The notes beneath the pieces were generated by a model. It was not told the origin of the DNA, made no database searches, and saw nothing but the letters and a program-made list of their open reading frames with translations. From the human T2T-CHM13v2.0 reference genome, Homo sapiens, in the NCBI RefSeq assembly GCF_009914755.1, contig NC_060938.1: 64,000 bases of DNA, one strand, 5' to 3'. This document shows positions 29,271-44,934 of the stretch, in pieces. Each line of letters opens with the position of its first letter. Within the stretch, counting starts at the first letter, position 1. The translations under genes were made by a program, and so were the position numbers.

Positions 29271-31119
29271 TACATACAAATATCTATACAATCTCTCTTT
29301 AAGCCCTTTCCCCCACACTGCTCTACAATATGGAACTTAACCTCAAGTGATAACCCCAAATTTTCTGGTAGACTGTTTTGTCACAAGGCTTTGTGATTTA
29401 TAATATTGCTACTTTGACAACTCAGGATCAAATAAATTCAAATATTCAAATGTACGCATCCTGCTTAAGATTTAGAGTTATATATGACCTTGTGTAATAC
29501 AAATGAAGGGTTTTCTCCTTTTTTTTCAAAAACTGTAAAAAGTTTTTCTAAAGGGGAAAGTTTAGAAGTCATTAATAATTGAAGCAGAATTAGATGGACT
29601 AAATATTAGATAATCCAAGGAGAAGGGATTTACTCTTTGTTCCTCATTACTTTGAGCTCTGTAATAAGGGAGAAGGGTGGCATGAATAAACAACATCTAC
29701 AAATAAGAATAAACCACACTATAATAGTTTCAAACTTCATTTTTATTATTCTTAAGTCGAAATACAAATAAATACAGCTAGTTGCAAATTTATCTACTTT
29801 CCTTTTGAAGATGCATTTATGATTGATATTTGCATGCTTTGTAGTAAGGTATGATTGGAAAAAATATGGTGATTTAGGAGAACAAAGCACTCCTAACTGA
29901 CATTCTGTTTTGAGAATTAGTATCACATGTTGAATATATTTAATTTCCTGGACAGAAAAAAATGATCTTAAGTTTTTTAAAAAAATGATTCTATTTGGTT
30001 TACCCACTAATACTACAATTTGCTTATATAATATTTATATGCATAAAAATTAGGTCACTACAACTCTAAATGACTTACTGATTTGACACTGTCCATAGAA
30101 CCTAATTATTTATGCAATCATGTTGAAAGCATGATTTAGTAGCATTTTCAAATGTCTTCTGTCTTCTAGACTGTGCTAGTCAACAAGAAGGAGAGGTGAG
30201 GCCTTTGATCACACAGAGTTGACAGTCCAGAGAAATTACCAACATGTGAACAGGCAGTGCCAACCAGAATGAGCTGCACCATAATAAGAGAAAAACAGAA
30301 CTTTCCTATACCCGGGACAGCTGTCTAATCCAGACTTATGGGATAAGAATGTGTTCTCAAAAGAAATCCTTATCTAGTTGCCTAATAATTGAAATAAAAA
30401 GCTTTTCTATTATAAAGTTGGTTCCCTAAGAGAGGCCAAAACTATTTACCTGAAAATGTCTATGCGAGTTAGAGTTAGCTATTTTGACTTCCTATGCCTT
30501 TAAGTAGGCAAGGCAAAAGAATGCTTTCAATATAAATCTGTCTTTTAACAGATTTCTTCTGAAAATGATTTATTAGCTGTGATTAGTCCTCTGTAAACAT
30601 CCTAAAAGAATAAAGTTTTAAAACTTGAAATTATTCAGGAGAAGATAACCCAAAAACCTTTATTAAATGCACTTTGATAAAGGCAGAATACTGTTGCTAA
30701 TCCTAATTAAAGCCTTTTATAAAATTCCAAAGGACAAAGAACAGAAAATAATGATCTAAGAAAGAGACATCGTGATTCTCTCAATGCATTATTCTATTTC
30801 TTTACAAGATAAATGTTTTATGAAGGTAAATCAATATTGGGAAGAAGAGTTTTAACCCACTTAACTGTACTAATACTTAATATTTATTGAACATTAACAA
30901 TATATAGAAAACTGTTTTAAATTTCAAGTTAGTCGTGGTTTCTGGCCAAATATGATCTTTTAAATTCCTAACTACATTTGGGTTCCAGCCATAATTCTTT
31001 AAAACCATGCTTCTTTTGTTAGAGATCTAAACGTTAATTGTTATAAAATTGTTAAATTCTTCACAGGCAACCTTGGACAAAGCAACTAAGGGTTCAGGGC
31101 CCCTAAACATCAAGCATAT

Positions 31120-32180
31120 CAACAGATGAAACTATTCATATAAAAGTGTTGAAATACACAGAAAACTCACAGTAATCTACTTTTAAAAGGTATTGGCAAG
31201 GATGCAGGATAGAAAATTAATATGCAAAAATTAATTTCACTTCTATATATTAGCAACAAACAGTTGGAAATTAAAATTTTATTTTAAAATACCATTTACA
31301 ATAATCACAAAAACATGGCATAGGTAAAAATACAGACAAAATATGTGTAAGAAAGATTTAAATACTAACAAATAGAACAGAGAATTTAAAAGACTAAAAA
31401 ATAGATACACCATGTTCGTGAGTCAGAGGACTCAATATAGTTAAGATAACAATTCTCTCAAATCGATCTATAGGTTTAATACAATCTCAATCCAAATCTC
31501 AGTGGGCTTTTTGGTAGAAATTGACAAACTGATTCTAAAACCTACATGGAACTGCAAAGGACCTAGAATAGTAAAACAACTTGGGAAAGAAGTGCGAAGT
31601 TAGAGGACTAACACTACCTGATTTCAAGGGTTCTAATAAACCTGAGGCAGTCAAGACAGTGCAGTTTTCTTGTAAAGACAGAAAAACAACAATGAAACTG
31701 AAGAGTCCAGAAATACATCTATATGAACAACTGATTTTCAATAAAGTTGTAAAGACAAATCAGTAGAGAAAAGGCAGTTTATTCAACAAATACTTACGGA
31801 AAAATCGGACATCCATAGGCAAAAAAAAAATTTATACCTCACACCTTATAAAAATGCCCTTGAAATGAATTATGCATGAAAATGTAGAGCCAACAATTAC
31901 TTTTTAAAATATGTAAGAAAATATAGGAGAAACCGCTTTGTAACCTTGCCTTGGCCTAAGCTAAGAATTCTTAGATACAACACCAAAAGTGTAAGCCATA
32001 AGAGAAAAATTGATAAATTAGACTTCATCGAAATTATGTTCTCTTTGAAAGACATTGTTAAAAGGAAAAGACAAGCCACAAGAGAAAATATTTCACAAAT
32101 CATAACTGATACAGGAATTATATATTTAACATTTTAAAAATTGTACCCTTTAAATATGTGCAGTTTAATAATAAAAATAT
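31120..32180 (+). mobile_element. Old L1M ORF2 fragment
   Basis: ORFs 31581 (GLTLPDFK...AVKTV) and 31946 (KIDKLDFIEI) are degraded L1 ORF2. Confidence 0.85.
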
Positions 32181-33311
32181 TTGAAACATTTATTGAAATA
32201 TTTCTACTTCATTAAGCAAACAATATTCCATAATGTCATCATCTTTTCTAGGATGGACAGTTCCCTTTACTTGCCAGAATAAAATGGAAATTATCTTGCA
32301 AAATTCATTCTGAGAACCTTTCAGGTAGTCTTCTGGAGTTTGAGAAACTTTTACCAACAGGAATGAAAATGTGTATTGCCTTTTCATGAGTCTCTTTAGA
32401 GTCATATTTATCCTTGAATGAGCATTAACTTGGGAAAATGCAATAATGACACCTAGTTTTTAAGCAGGTTCCAGACCAGTTTTTCTTAATTCATTTTCTT
32501 CACTCAATTTTACCCAACATGTCCTCAAGTAAAAATAATTTCCACATATTCAGACTTTCTCTTATCAATACTATTTTTTAAAGATTATTTTTTCCTAGCC
32601 TATTTAGGCAATGAATGGAGAATTTTATTATTAAATGCATAAACTTGCCTTGTGTCAGCAAGGACATTATATGATAACAAATAAAGCAAAGCCTGTATAA
32701 TCCATCACCTTACTTGAACTCCTACACCAGCAAAGATGAAAAAAGCATAATTGTAGAGTGAAAACTCTCCTTCAGCCAACAATGAGAAATAGTAATGTGC
32801 CCATTGAGCACCAGTGAATTACAGAGCCAATATAATTGCATGAAAATCATGAACACATTTGTAAATCTAATAAAATCAAACAACAAATCATGCAATGAAA
32901 TTGGGAGCCACACTAGGTGGGAATTGGTTTTCAGTGTACATTGATAGAAAAATTGAAAGAAAAAATCCCAATTTGAGTGTAAGGTTTATTGACATGAGGG
33001 CAAATATGTGCTAAACCTATTCCAATAATTTGGAGGAAGGGGGAGAATAAGGAGGAGAAGGGTAGCGGGAGGGAAAGAAGGGCATTTTTCTTTTTGAAAC
33101 GAATATGATTGGGCCATTTCATGGGCTAAACATATCAACTAAACTCTGAATGCATTTACATAATATGACTTGTAATACATTTGTAATATCAGAATTGGCT
33201 CCCAGCCTCTGTATCTAAAAATGAGAGTCCAGGAAAAAAAAAATCAAGAAAGGGAAGTTTGATGAGTTTGGTTATTTAAGTGTAGTTAAACTTCCATTTA
33301 AAGTGAAAATA

Positions 33312-33629
<318 letters not shown>

Positions 33630-33857
33630 TCAGTAGACACTATACCTTCTATCATAAAAATAGATAAAGATACAATAGACTTGTGTTATACTTTTACTTT
33701 TTGGAAGTGTATGAGGTTTTACTTTCATGCAATATTAGGATTCTGCAGGACGATTCTTTATTAAATATATCAAGACACTGTCTAATCTATTAAAGTGGCA
33801 AGGCATTTTTAGCACTAGGCCAGAGGGTTAATATCATCTCAAAAAAAGTCATAATAA

Positions 33858-35460
33858 CTGCCCAAAGCAACAATAGGTTCAACACTATTTCTATCAAGCT
33901 GCCAACACCATTTTTCACAGAACTAGAAAAAAAATTCTAGAAATCATGTGAAACTAAGAAAGAGCCCAAATAGCCAAAGCAATCCTAAGCAAAAAGAACA
34001 CAGCCAGAGGCATCACATCACTTGACTTCAAAGTGTATAATAGGACTACAGTAACCAAAACAGCATGGTACTGGTACAAAAACAGACACATAGATCAATG
34101 GAACAGAACAGAAAACTCAGAAATAAAGCTGCACACCTACAGCCATCTAATCTTGAAAGCTGACAAAAACAAACAATAGTGAAAGGACTCCCTATTCAAT
34201 AAATGGTGCTGGGATAATTGACTAGCCATAGACAGAAGAATAAAACTGGACTTCAACTTTTTACCATATACAAAACTAACTCAATATAGATTAAAGATTT
34301 AAGTATAAGACCTCAGACTATACGAATCTGAGAAGAAAACCTAGGAAACACCATTCTGGACATCGGCCTTGAGCGAGAATTTATGACTAAGTCCTCAAAA
34401 GCAATTGCAGCAAAAAACAAAACTTTACAAGTGGGACCTAATTAAACTAAAGGGCTTCTGCACAGCAAAAAAACTATCAACAGAGTAAACAGACACTTAC
34501 AGAATGGGAGAAAATATTCACAAACTATGCATTCAACAAAGGCCTAATATCCAGAATCTGTTAGGAACAAACTATTGAACAAGCAAAAAACAACCCCATT
34601 AAGAAATAGGTAAAATACATGAACAGATGCTTCTCATAAAAGGACATACAAGCAGCAAACAAACATGAAAAAATCCTCATCATCACTAATCATTAGAAAA
34701 ATGCAAATCAAAACCACAACGAGATGCCATCTCGCACCAGTCGGAATGACTATTATGAAAGAGTCAGAAAACAACAGATGCTGGTGAGGCTACAGAGAAA
34801 AAGGAACACTTATAACTATAGTGGGAATGTAAATTAGTTTAGCCACTGTGGAAAGCAGTTTGGATATTTCTCAAAGAACTTAAAACAGGACTACCATTAG
34901 ACCAGGCAATCCCATTACTGGGTATATATCCAAAAGAAAATAAATCATTCTATCAAAAAGACACCCACATGCTTATGTTCATCACAGCACTATTTACAAT
35001 AGCAAAGACACAGAATCAACCTAGGTGCCCATCAACAGAGGATTGTATAGAGAGAATGTGGTATATATGCATTCATGGAATACTATGCAGCCATAAAAAA
35101 GAATGAAATCATCTTTGCAGCAACATGGATGTTGCTGGAAGCCATTATTCTAAGTGAATTAACACAGGAGCAGAAAACTAAATACCACATGTTCTCACTA
35201 ATAGTAGGAGTTAAACAATGAGTGCTCATGGACAAAAAGATGGCAATAATAGGACACTGGGGACCACTGGAGGGCAGAGGGAAAGAAGGGGACAAGGGTT
35301 AGGGGACAACTAACTTTCGGGTACTATGCTTAGTACCTGAGTTATGGGATCAATCATACCTGAAATCTCAGTATCACGCAATATACCCAAGTAATAAACC
35401 TACCCATGTGCTCTTGAATCTAAAATAAAAGTTGAAATATTTAAAAAGAATCACAAAAAG
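33858..35460 (+). mobile_element. 5'-truncated L1 (L1PA13-16-like)
   Basis: Continuous ORF2 3' half and 3' UTR ending TCTAAAATAAAAGTTGAA; TSD AAAAG(T/C)CATAATAA at ~33844-33857 and ~35461-35474. Confidence 0.93.
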
Positions 35461-38307
35461 AAAAGCCATAATAATGCAAGTACAATTTTCATGTGATTCA
35501 TTCAAAGAAATTATTAAAATAACAATGAGACATCATCATAAGTACTAGGAGGAATTTTTAAATTAATGATTTAACATGAAAACACAATTAAATCCCAAAC
35601 AAAAATGACTCAAAATAATTTAGCAGCTTTGTTAATATACAGTAAGTGGATTTGCCCATTTTGTTTAATTTACCATAGTCCACATTGTAAAAATAAATAA
35701 GCCCAATGTAATTACAGTCTATAGGATAAGCACAGCTTCTGTTCATTCTTGGCTCATGTCATCTTTTCCCATGGAGAAGATGATCTCCAAGATGCTTCAA
35801 TCATTCTATTTACTGATGAACACAAAGATACTCTATCAAAATGGCACTGAATTGAAATGCTCATTTGTAGACATAACCACAAACAAGCAAGAGCTTTCTA
35901 AGTTTTTAATTTACGCAAAATAAGAATCATGGTGTCCAGGTAACAATGTGAAATCCAAATTTCTGCATTTGTGTGCTTAGGAACTCTATCCAAGAAGAGA
36001 ATTAGTGTGGGGAAAAAAAAGGAAAAACATGTTAACTCATATGAAAGACAAGATGGAATTTAAAACTTAAAAATTATGAGTAATAAATCCTTTATTTGTT
36101 CTACATGCTAATATTTCACACTCCTGTTTTTAAATTACCTTAAAAATATATAACTGCATGTGACACCAGATTATAAAATATTAGCACCTAAAGAACCTCA
36201 GGTAATATTTCTAAATCAAAATATTCTTCAAAGTCCTGTCTTTAACCCCTCCATAGAATGTCTACTACCTACAAGTCCAGTCCAAATGTCCTTCATCCAA
36301 AGCCTTTCACATGTCTGTAGCCAACTCTTAGCAGTATCTCCCTCTGTTTCCCTTTTAGCCTATGACTCAACCCTGCAAGAAAGAACACTTGACCACTGTA
36401 CCCCAAATAGTCACAAATTTTTGTGCTTTCTTTTTTCTTCTCCATTTGGCGAGTTCTTTCCTTTCCACTAAGTTGTAACATCACCTCTGCAACAAAGGTG
36501 TCCCTGATCCTTGCCCGTAGAGGCAGTTGTTTCTTCTCTGCTTACAGTGTAGTGAAAATAACAAGAGAATCTAGAGCTCAGTATTAATTCAAAAGTGTGA
36601 GCCTCTACCACTGACCATTGGTTTCTGAGTAGCTTACTAAATCCTTCTAAGCACACTTTCCTCATTTTTAAAGTACTACATTTCAGTAACTGCCTTGTAT
36701 AATAGGAGGGACAAATACCATAAGATACATAAAGCATCCAGACGAGAATCTAGCACATAATAGATGACAGTGAATGAGAACTGTCACTATTAGTATTTCA
36801 CACAACTCTATATAAGATCCCATTGCCATCATTTAATGTATGTCTATCCTCCACATTACGCCATCAGAGGGAGGAACTGATCATATTTAATCCTCGAATT
36901 CTTAACAACTAGCACCATGCCTGGCAGAGAGCAGTTACTGACTGAAGAATGAATGGATGGACAAATTGATAAATGTAAATCATACAGCACAACACATTAT
37001 TTTATAAGTGAAGAAACCAAGGGCCAGACAATTTAAATGATTTGGTGTAGGTCACACTTCTAGTTAATGAAAACTGTAATAAAACACAGAGAAGATTTAA
37101 TTAATCAAGAATTTTTCTCTTTGGGAACCTCATCTCCCCCTCTCAATGCTATTTGGATACAGCTATAAATTAGGTGGGTCTGTGTCCCTCCAACATCCAG
37201 GAGCAATGTGACTCAGGCAGCCAGTCAGGGTACCTCACTCCATCTCCAGGTGGAATGATTGGTAAAAGGGTGGATTTGTAGCTCAAGAAAGGCCATGAGA
37301 ATTCTTTAAAAGTTACTCCTCTCCTGACAGTGATTCTGCTCTGAGATCAAAAGTTAGCTGAGATAAAGTGGAGAGGGAAATGGAAAGAGAATAAATGTTG
37401 ACATCAGTAGAAACTGTCTGCAACTGAAGCTTCTTGTACTTCACTGTTTGTTTAACCTATACAGGCTGGGTTGCTAGTATTTGCAATGTTAAGAATATGA
37501 ATACATTTTTCCTAATTTCTAGACCCATGTTCTTCCTGTACACCCTGATGTCTGCTAAATAACTACCAAATAGCATAAAACACCCAGACAAGTAAGTAGC
37601 AGTACACTAAACCAACTGCTTCATTTCCAATGGCATATCTGATATGTTTAACCTGAATTTCCCCCAGTTATTACTGACCAAAACTTGAATAAAATGGCAT
37701 TCCTAATACTTGCTACTCACATATATTATCCCTTATCATTTACAGAAATCATACTTTTAATTAGTAAATTATAACATTTATCAGTTGTCCTTTGTATGTA
37801 ATACAGACTTATGAAATCACTTAAGCCTGAGCAATCACCAACTTTGCAACAGTTAAAAACACCTGTGTTTCTGACCACAGTATCATCATGATCCCTTCCC
37901 TACATCAATTTTCTTGGAAACATTACATTAACATAAAGCGAATTTTCAAATTAGAAATGTAAAAAGGTTTTTCATCAGAGTAATATGTTAAACTAGTTTA
38001 CTGTCCTAAAGACAAATGTTTAAGATTCAAATCTAAAACATTTAGTTTTATAATTTTTTTATAAATAAATTATAAGTCTTTGACCTAAACATAAAGTCCC
38101 ACTGACTTACAACACAGGCTGGAATTTAATAAATAAACGTCTTTTATAAACAAGGCTGTTAGGTATACACAGTCTGTCATTGAGAGTTGAAAATTAAAAC
38201 TACTCTTAAGTCCCCTGAGAGTCCTAGTATTTTATTGTTCTACAAATCCTTGAATTACCTTGTTAAACAATACTATTTAATAAAAATATTCTTTGAGGTT
38301 AGACAAA

Positions 38308-38365
38308 AATATAGAACCCAATATACCAAAAATCAGAATATAGAACCCAATATACCAAAAATCAG
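38308..38365 (+). repeat. Perfect 29-bp tandem duplication
   Basis: AATATAGAACCCAATATACCAAAAATCAG x2. Confidence 0.95.
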
Positions 38366-38898
38366 AACATTCAGTCCAATTTCCTCAGAATTTTCCAAAC
38401 CTATATTTTTATTAATTGTACTTTCAAAAATTAAATGTTGGATTGCTATCTGAAAAAATCTTAAAATATTTTATTTTCAAATTACATATTTGAAAATATT
38501 AATCAAATATGAAAAATATGTAACAGTATGCTAATTAAACTCATTCTTTACCTTTCTAAAACAATTTTATTTTAGATGCCCTATTCCAGAGAGAATACTT
38601 CTGGTTCCTCAGTCATTATTCTTAATTTTAATTGAGAACTAGACAATCACGTCCTCTTTAAATAGCTCCACCTTAAGTTACTCTAAAAACTTGTGGGTGG
38701 TGAGGAAATATCTGAAGCATTAGTTGATTTGTTTCTCTCTTCCCTATAGTTCTTCTATATCCCATCACCCTTATGCAGCACTCATTACCTTAGTAGAGTT
38801 GTCACAGCAAAACCAGAGATGAAGAGTCAAATAATTGGGTCTCAATTTAATATGCCAAAGCCTAGGTATGAGCCAAATATAACTAAAAGAATACTTGC

Positions 38899-39269
38899 TT
38901 TATTAGTCCGTTTTCATACTGCTATAAAGAACTGCCTGAGACTGGATAATTTATAAAGGAAAGAGGCTTAATTGGCTCACAGTTCAGCATGACTGGGGAG
39001 GCCTCAGGAAACTTACAATCATGGCAGAAAGAGAAAGCAGGGTACTTTCTTCACAAGGCAGCAAGAAGAAGTGCTAAGTGAAGGGGAAAGAGCCCCTTAT
39101 AAAACCATCAGATCTCATGAGAATTCACTCACTATCACGAGAACAGCATGAGCGAAACCACCCCCATGATTCAACTACCTCCACCTGGTCTCTTTCTTGA
39201 CAAACGGGAATTGTTAGGATTATAATTCAAGATGAGATTTTGGTGGGGACACAGAGCCTAACCATATGA
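38899..39269 (-). mobile_element. THE1D/MSTA-like solo LTR (MaLR)
   Basis: TATTAGTCCGTTTTCATACTGCTATAAAGAACTGCCTGAGACTGG...GGGGACACAGAGCCTAACCATATGA. Confidence 0.9.
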
Positions 39270-39923
39270 TTGTTATACACATATGTTTCTTTTCAAGGGA
39301 TATAAAGTTTTCCTGCAAAGTGTTGAGGAGGGAAGCCACAAAACTAGGTGTTGATGTCAATCTCTAAAGGAGGAAATCTATACCCTGCCCCTCTCCAAAC
39401 TCAAACATCTAGTATAGTAGGTTAGAGAAATGTAGAGCTAAAAATGAGAGAACCCCAAAGAAGTCTGGAGTTTTGAGAGCACAGAGAACAATTTTTTTCC
39501 CCAAGAAAGCTCTGGGAATTTTTCCATCCTTATAGAAAAATTCTACGTCCAGAATGATGAGGAACAATGGTTTGGAAATGCCTGCATAAGGATTCCAGGA
39601 ATTCGCTCCTGAAGGCAGCCTCACAGAGAAGGTGCCCAAGGGATCATCCTAAAGAGGGAGGTGGTGAGGACAGAGGAACACAGTAGCAGATACCAGCATG
39701 AACCAATATAACTGGAAAATAGGGAGAATATACAACAGAGGCCAGTGTGGAAAGCCTACTGACCAGAGAGAGATGGGGGAGTAGCCGATGCAGCAGTGGG
39801 TTTGCAACTTGGACTGCCTGCCTCTGAGTACCTTGTATCATCTTCTGAATTCCCTCCCCTCCTGACACCTTAATGCTACATTAGCCTATTAGAACTTACA
39901 TGCAACTCCAGAGAAAAAGAAAA

Positions 39924-40535
39924 TGTGTTTGTTATCCATTGTTGTATAGGAAGTTACCATGAATTTAGGGAGCTTAAAATAACACCAATTAGTTCACACT
40001 TCTGTGAGTCAGAAGTGACGACGTTGAATTCTCTGCTCAAGGTGTCGGAAGACTAAAATTAAGGTGTCTTCAAGGCTGACTTCTTGCCTGGAGGCTCGAG
40101 AAAAATCTGCTGCCAAGCTCACTGAGGTCATTGGCAGAACTCAGTTCCTTGTGCTATAGGATTGAGGCCCTTTCTCCTGGCTGGCTGTTAGCCAGGAATT
40201 GCTCTCACACCTAGACACTGCCTACATTCTTGGCTGCATGGACCCTTCTATCCTCAATGCAATCTGTGAAAAATCTCCCTCACATCAAATCCCTCCCTAG
40301 CTTCAAATCTCCATGACTTCTCTGTCTCTGACCTTCAGGCTCAGATTTAAAGGGCTCGTGTAATTAAGTGAAATTCCCCCAGATGGTCTCCCTTCCTTAA
40401 AGTAAACCTTAATTATATCTTCAAAACCCATTCACAGCAGCACCTAGATGAGTGCTTGATTGATTAACTGGAAGAAGGTGTGTGAACTCCAGAGGCCAGC
40501 AATCTTGTGAGCTATTTTAGAATTTGGCCTACCAC
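39924..40535 (-). mobile_element. Solo LTR, MLT1E/F-like
   Basis: GCTTAAAATAACACC...GGCAGAACTCAGTTCCTTG...TTTTAGAATTTGGCCTACCACA. Confidence 0.75.
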
Positions 40536-42285
40536 ACAGATGGAAATCTGGAATTGACTTATAAAACCCTAATTGAATGTGTTTATGTTGAGGTATTGTT
40601 AATATTCCAAAATTTCTTTCACCCAAATCTGCAGCTATCTAATTTTATTCATTTTATTTAGTTTTTTTTTTAATTTTCAGATCATGCCTATGGCTGTTAG
40701 GTAGTAGGCCAGGACAGCAGGAAATGTCCAAGTACATAAATTAGAGTCAGAGGGGAGCTGCGATATTAGTTTTCTCTTTCTGATCAACTTCTTTACTACC
40801 TGATTGATGGAACCCAGGTGAGACCCAAGCCTCAAGGTGAGAAGCACACCTTGGGAAAATTCAAAGAAGCAGCAGGGTCCTTAACATTCTTCAGAAGCTA
40901 AGGAGGGATAAGAAAGACTAGAAGGTGCTTTGAAGAGTACTCTTGAATTCCACTTCCTGTAAGAGTACTCTGATCCTTGTAGACCAAAAGGTTTTCCCTG
41001 TGAAATTGCTGCTGTGAAATAACCCTCCATCTTGACTGGTGGCTGAGAACCATTTTCCTGAGAATTATGATTCCCCCGTGAAGCAAAACAGGAAAATGCT
41101 GAAGACCACTCTACACTGAGACTACACTCAGAAATGCACCTACAAGAGTAGGTTTTTTAAACATTAAAGTGCTCAGTTACAAATATAATTTTCCTGATAT
41201 AGGGCTTTTGTTTTTACCTTATAAAACAGAAATTTTAAATCAGATTTTCAATACTGTCTTTACTCGGCTTTAGTTATGCCCAACTATTACTCATAATAAT
41301 GCTGGCTCTATCCATGATGCCAAGAGCTCTTTCCATAAACCAAAATAAATAGACAGTCTCCTTTAGGAATAAAGGGAGACTGAATAAGTTGAAGCAAGAC
41401 ACTCTTCGATCAGCATCTGGAGCACCAAGCAGCTTCTAAATTTATTCAATTCGTACTTTGCTTTTAAAGAAGACTGAGCCATTTATTTCTATCCTATAGG
41501 CAAACTCAGAATATAATGGACAAAATGTCAGGGAGAATGAAGAAAAATGATGATATCCCCCAGCAGAGTAAATACACCTTCTGCAAAAATAAAGTTACCC
41601 GAGTCACCCTAAGCCCCAAGTGCTCAGCTGCTGTGACACATAGGACTGAGCTGAAATCATTGAGCAAAGAACTTGGGTAAATGAGGATTTATATTTAGAA
41701 TAAAGCAGCATCAGTGAAGATTGATAATCTTTCAAGAACAGACGCCCTAGTTCTCAAATCCCTAGATGTTATTTCAATTTTCCTAAAGGTATTCTGTAAC
41801 TTTGGATCACATTCCACTCTTGGGGATCTTAGAGACCCCTTGTTAATAATACGTGTTTTGAGTTCTAATACAGAGAGACAAATGGCTTTCTCAATGTGCG
41901 TATGGAGGAACATTTGGAATTTCTGAACTGCTACTTTCACATCTGCCAGAGAATGGAGTTTTATTGGAGAATGAAGCCCTGCATTGGGCAATTTATGCAC
42001 AGCCAGTTTTTAAAAAATAATTATTTGATAATAATCATTTAACAATATATGAATATTGACTTTCCTAAGTAATACTTACCAGATTCTACCCGAAAGACCT
42101 CCTCATTGTCCCAAAATTTATTTTAGCCATTGCTAACACCAGATCCTTGCTCAACTTTTCTATCCAAAATCCCATACAAACCTGAGTCCAAATGATTCCC
42201 CTATTTTCTCAGGTTTTATCTGCACTATTCAAATTGATATGCTCCTGCTTCCTCCACAAAGCCTGTAGCTCTCTCCTGGTAGGTC

Positions 42286-43018
<733 letters not shown>

Positions 43019-43284
43019 GTCTACCGAATGAGTTTGTTAATTAACCCACTGCTCCTCACAGAGGGATTGTATAATAATTCAGCATATAGCTAAGCTCAAC
43101 CTGTCTTGACGAGACACCTGGACTTTTGTAGCTTCATAATTGCATGTGGCTGGACATGTTAAAATTTGATTTTCCCCAGTTGTAAGAAAAATGTAATTCT
43201 CTCTTTGCAAGGTTATTCAAGTTCTGTTATTTCTAAGTAAAACAGTTATTTTGTTTATGATTTTTTTAAAGTAAAACATACTTG

Positions 43285-43490
43285 AGTTCCCATGGGTTCC
43301 AATCCCAGCCCTGACACTTGCTAGCTTGCCTAAAATAGGCAATTTTCATTTAATCTCTTTAAGCTTCCATTTTCTCAGATATAAAAATGTGATACCTTTA
43401 TAGGATTGCTGAGTGAATGAAATAATTCATGTTAAGCACAGTGACTAGTCCATGGTAAATGCTCAGTGAATTGCAGCTGTATTTATTATT
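43285..43490 (+). mobile_element. MIR
   Basis: GGGTTCCAATCCCAGC...TTTAATCTCTTTAAGCTTCCATTTTCTCAGATATAAAAATG. Confidence 0.75.
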
Positions 43491-44048
43491 GAGATTCCTA
43501 TAGTTTACTTGTTCAACACGTGTTTCCTAAAGGCCTCTTATAAACTGGGCACTATTCTAAGAGCTGAGATTACAAATCTAAAGAAATGGACTAAATCTCT
43601 ATAGTCATGGAATTTACATAATATGATTTCAATTCCTAGTCAGTGCATTTCTTATTTTTAATTCTTAAGATGAGTCATTGATTTCTCTATTTGTTTTCTC
43701 TCTTCTCTAATAAGCCTTTTGGCTACAGAGTACCCTTTGCATTCAGCTTTCTCTAGATTCCACATATATGAAGTAGTTTCCTTTTTATTGTTTTTTGCAT
43801 GGTTCACAGTTTCTTTTTTGAGTTTCCTCATTGCTACAAGGGTTATTTAGGCCTGTGTTTTCTAACTTTAAGTAGTTAAAGTATTTCGATCAATTTATAA
43901 TTAATTATTTCAATTATACTGACTTATGAGTAGAGAATAAAATGGTAAAATTGCCCATTTAAAAAAAATGGAAAGGTTTTCTTCATAGCCAAGTACATTT
44001 CATGCTAATTTATTACTATTGCATCTTGTTTTAAAATATGTTTTTTGG

Positions 44049-44380
<332 letters not shown>

Positions 44381-44632
44381 TCATCTTGTTTACTGCTCTT
44401 AATCTTAAATTTACTCTTGTCATTAATACTGCCACCCCTGTTTCCACTACTGTGTGTCTGTCAGGGCTTCTTTACTGTTAATCTTTCTTCAAAATTTTTG
44501 TACTTGATTTATTGTAAATAGCATACAGCTAGGTTTTGTTTCAATGCTATATAGCAGCCTGCCTTTTATTGAAAATCATCAGTCCTTTCATATTTGCAAT
44601 GTACTTCATTTTATTTCCTCCATCTATTTTAT

Positions 44633-44934
<302 letters not shown>

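Noticed and set aside
29630-30007. 125-aa ORF in non-repeat DNA
   Set aside because: Non-ATG start, composition typical of AT-rich chance ORFs, no recognisable domain
32903-32925. CTCF-like CACTAGGTGG
   Set aside because: Mismatches at both ends of the core consensus; too weak to call
41695-42000. 101-aa minus-strand ORF
   Set aside because: GTG start, no recognisable homology or paired splice sites
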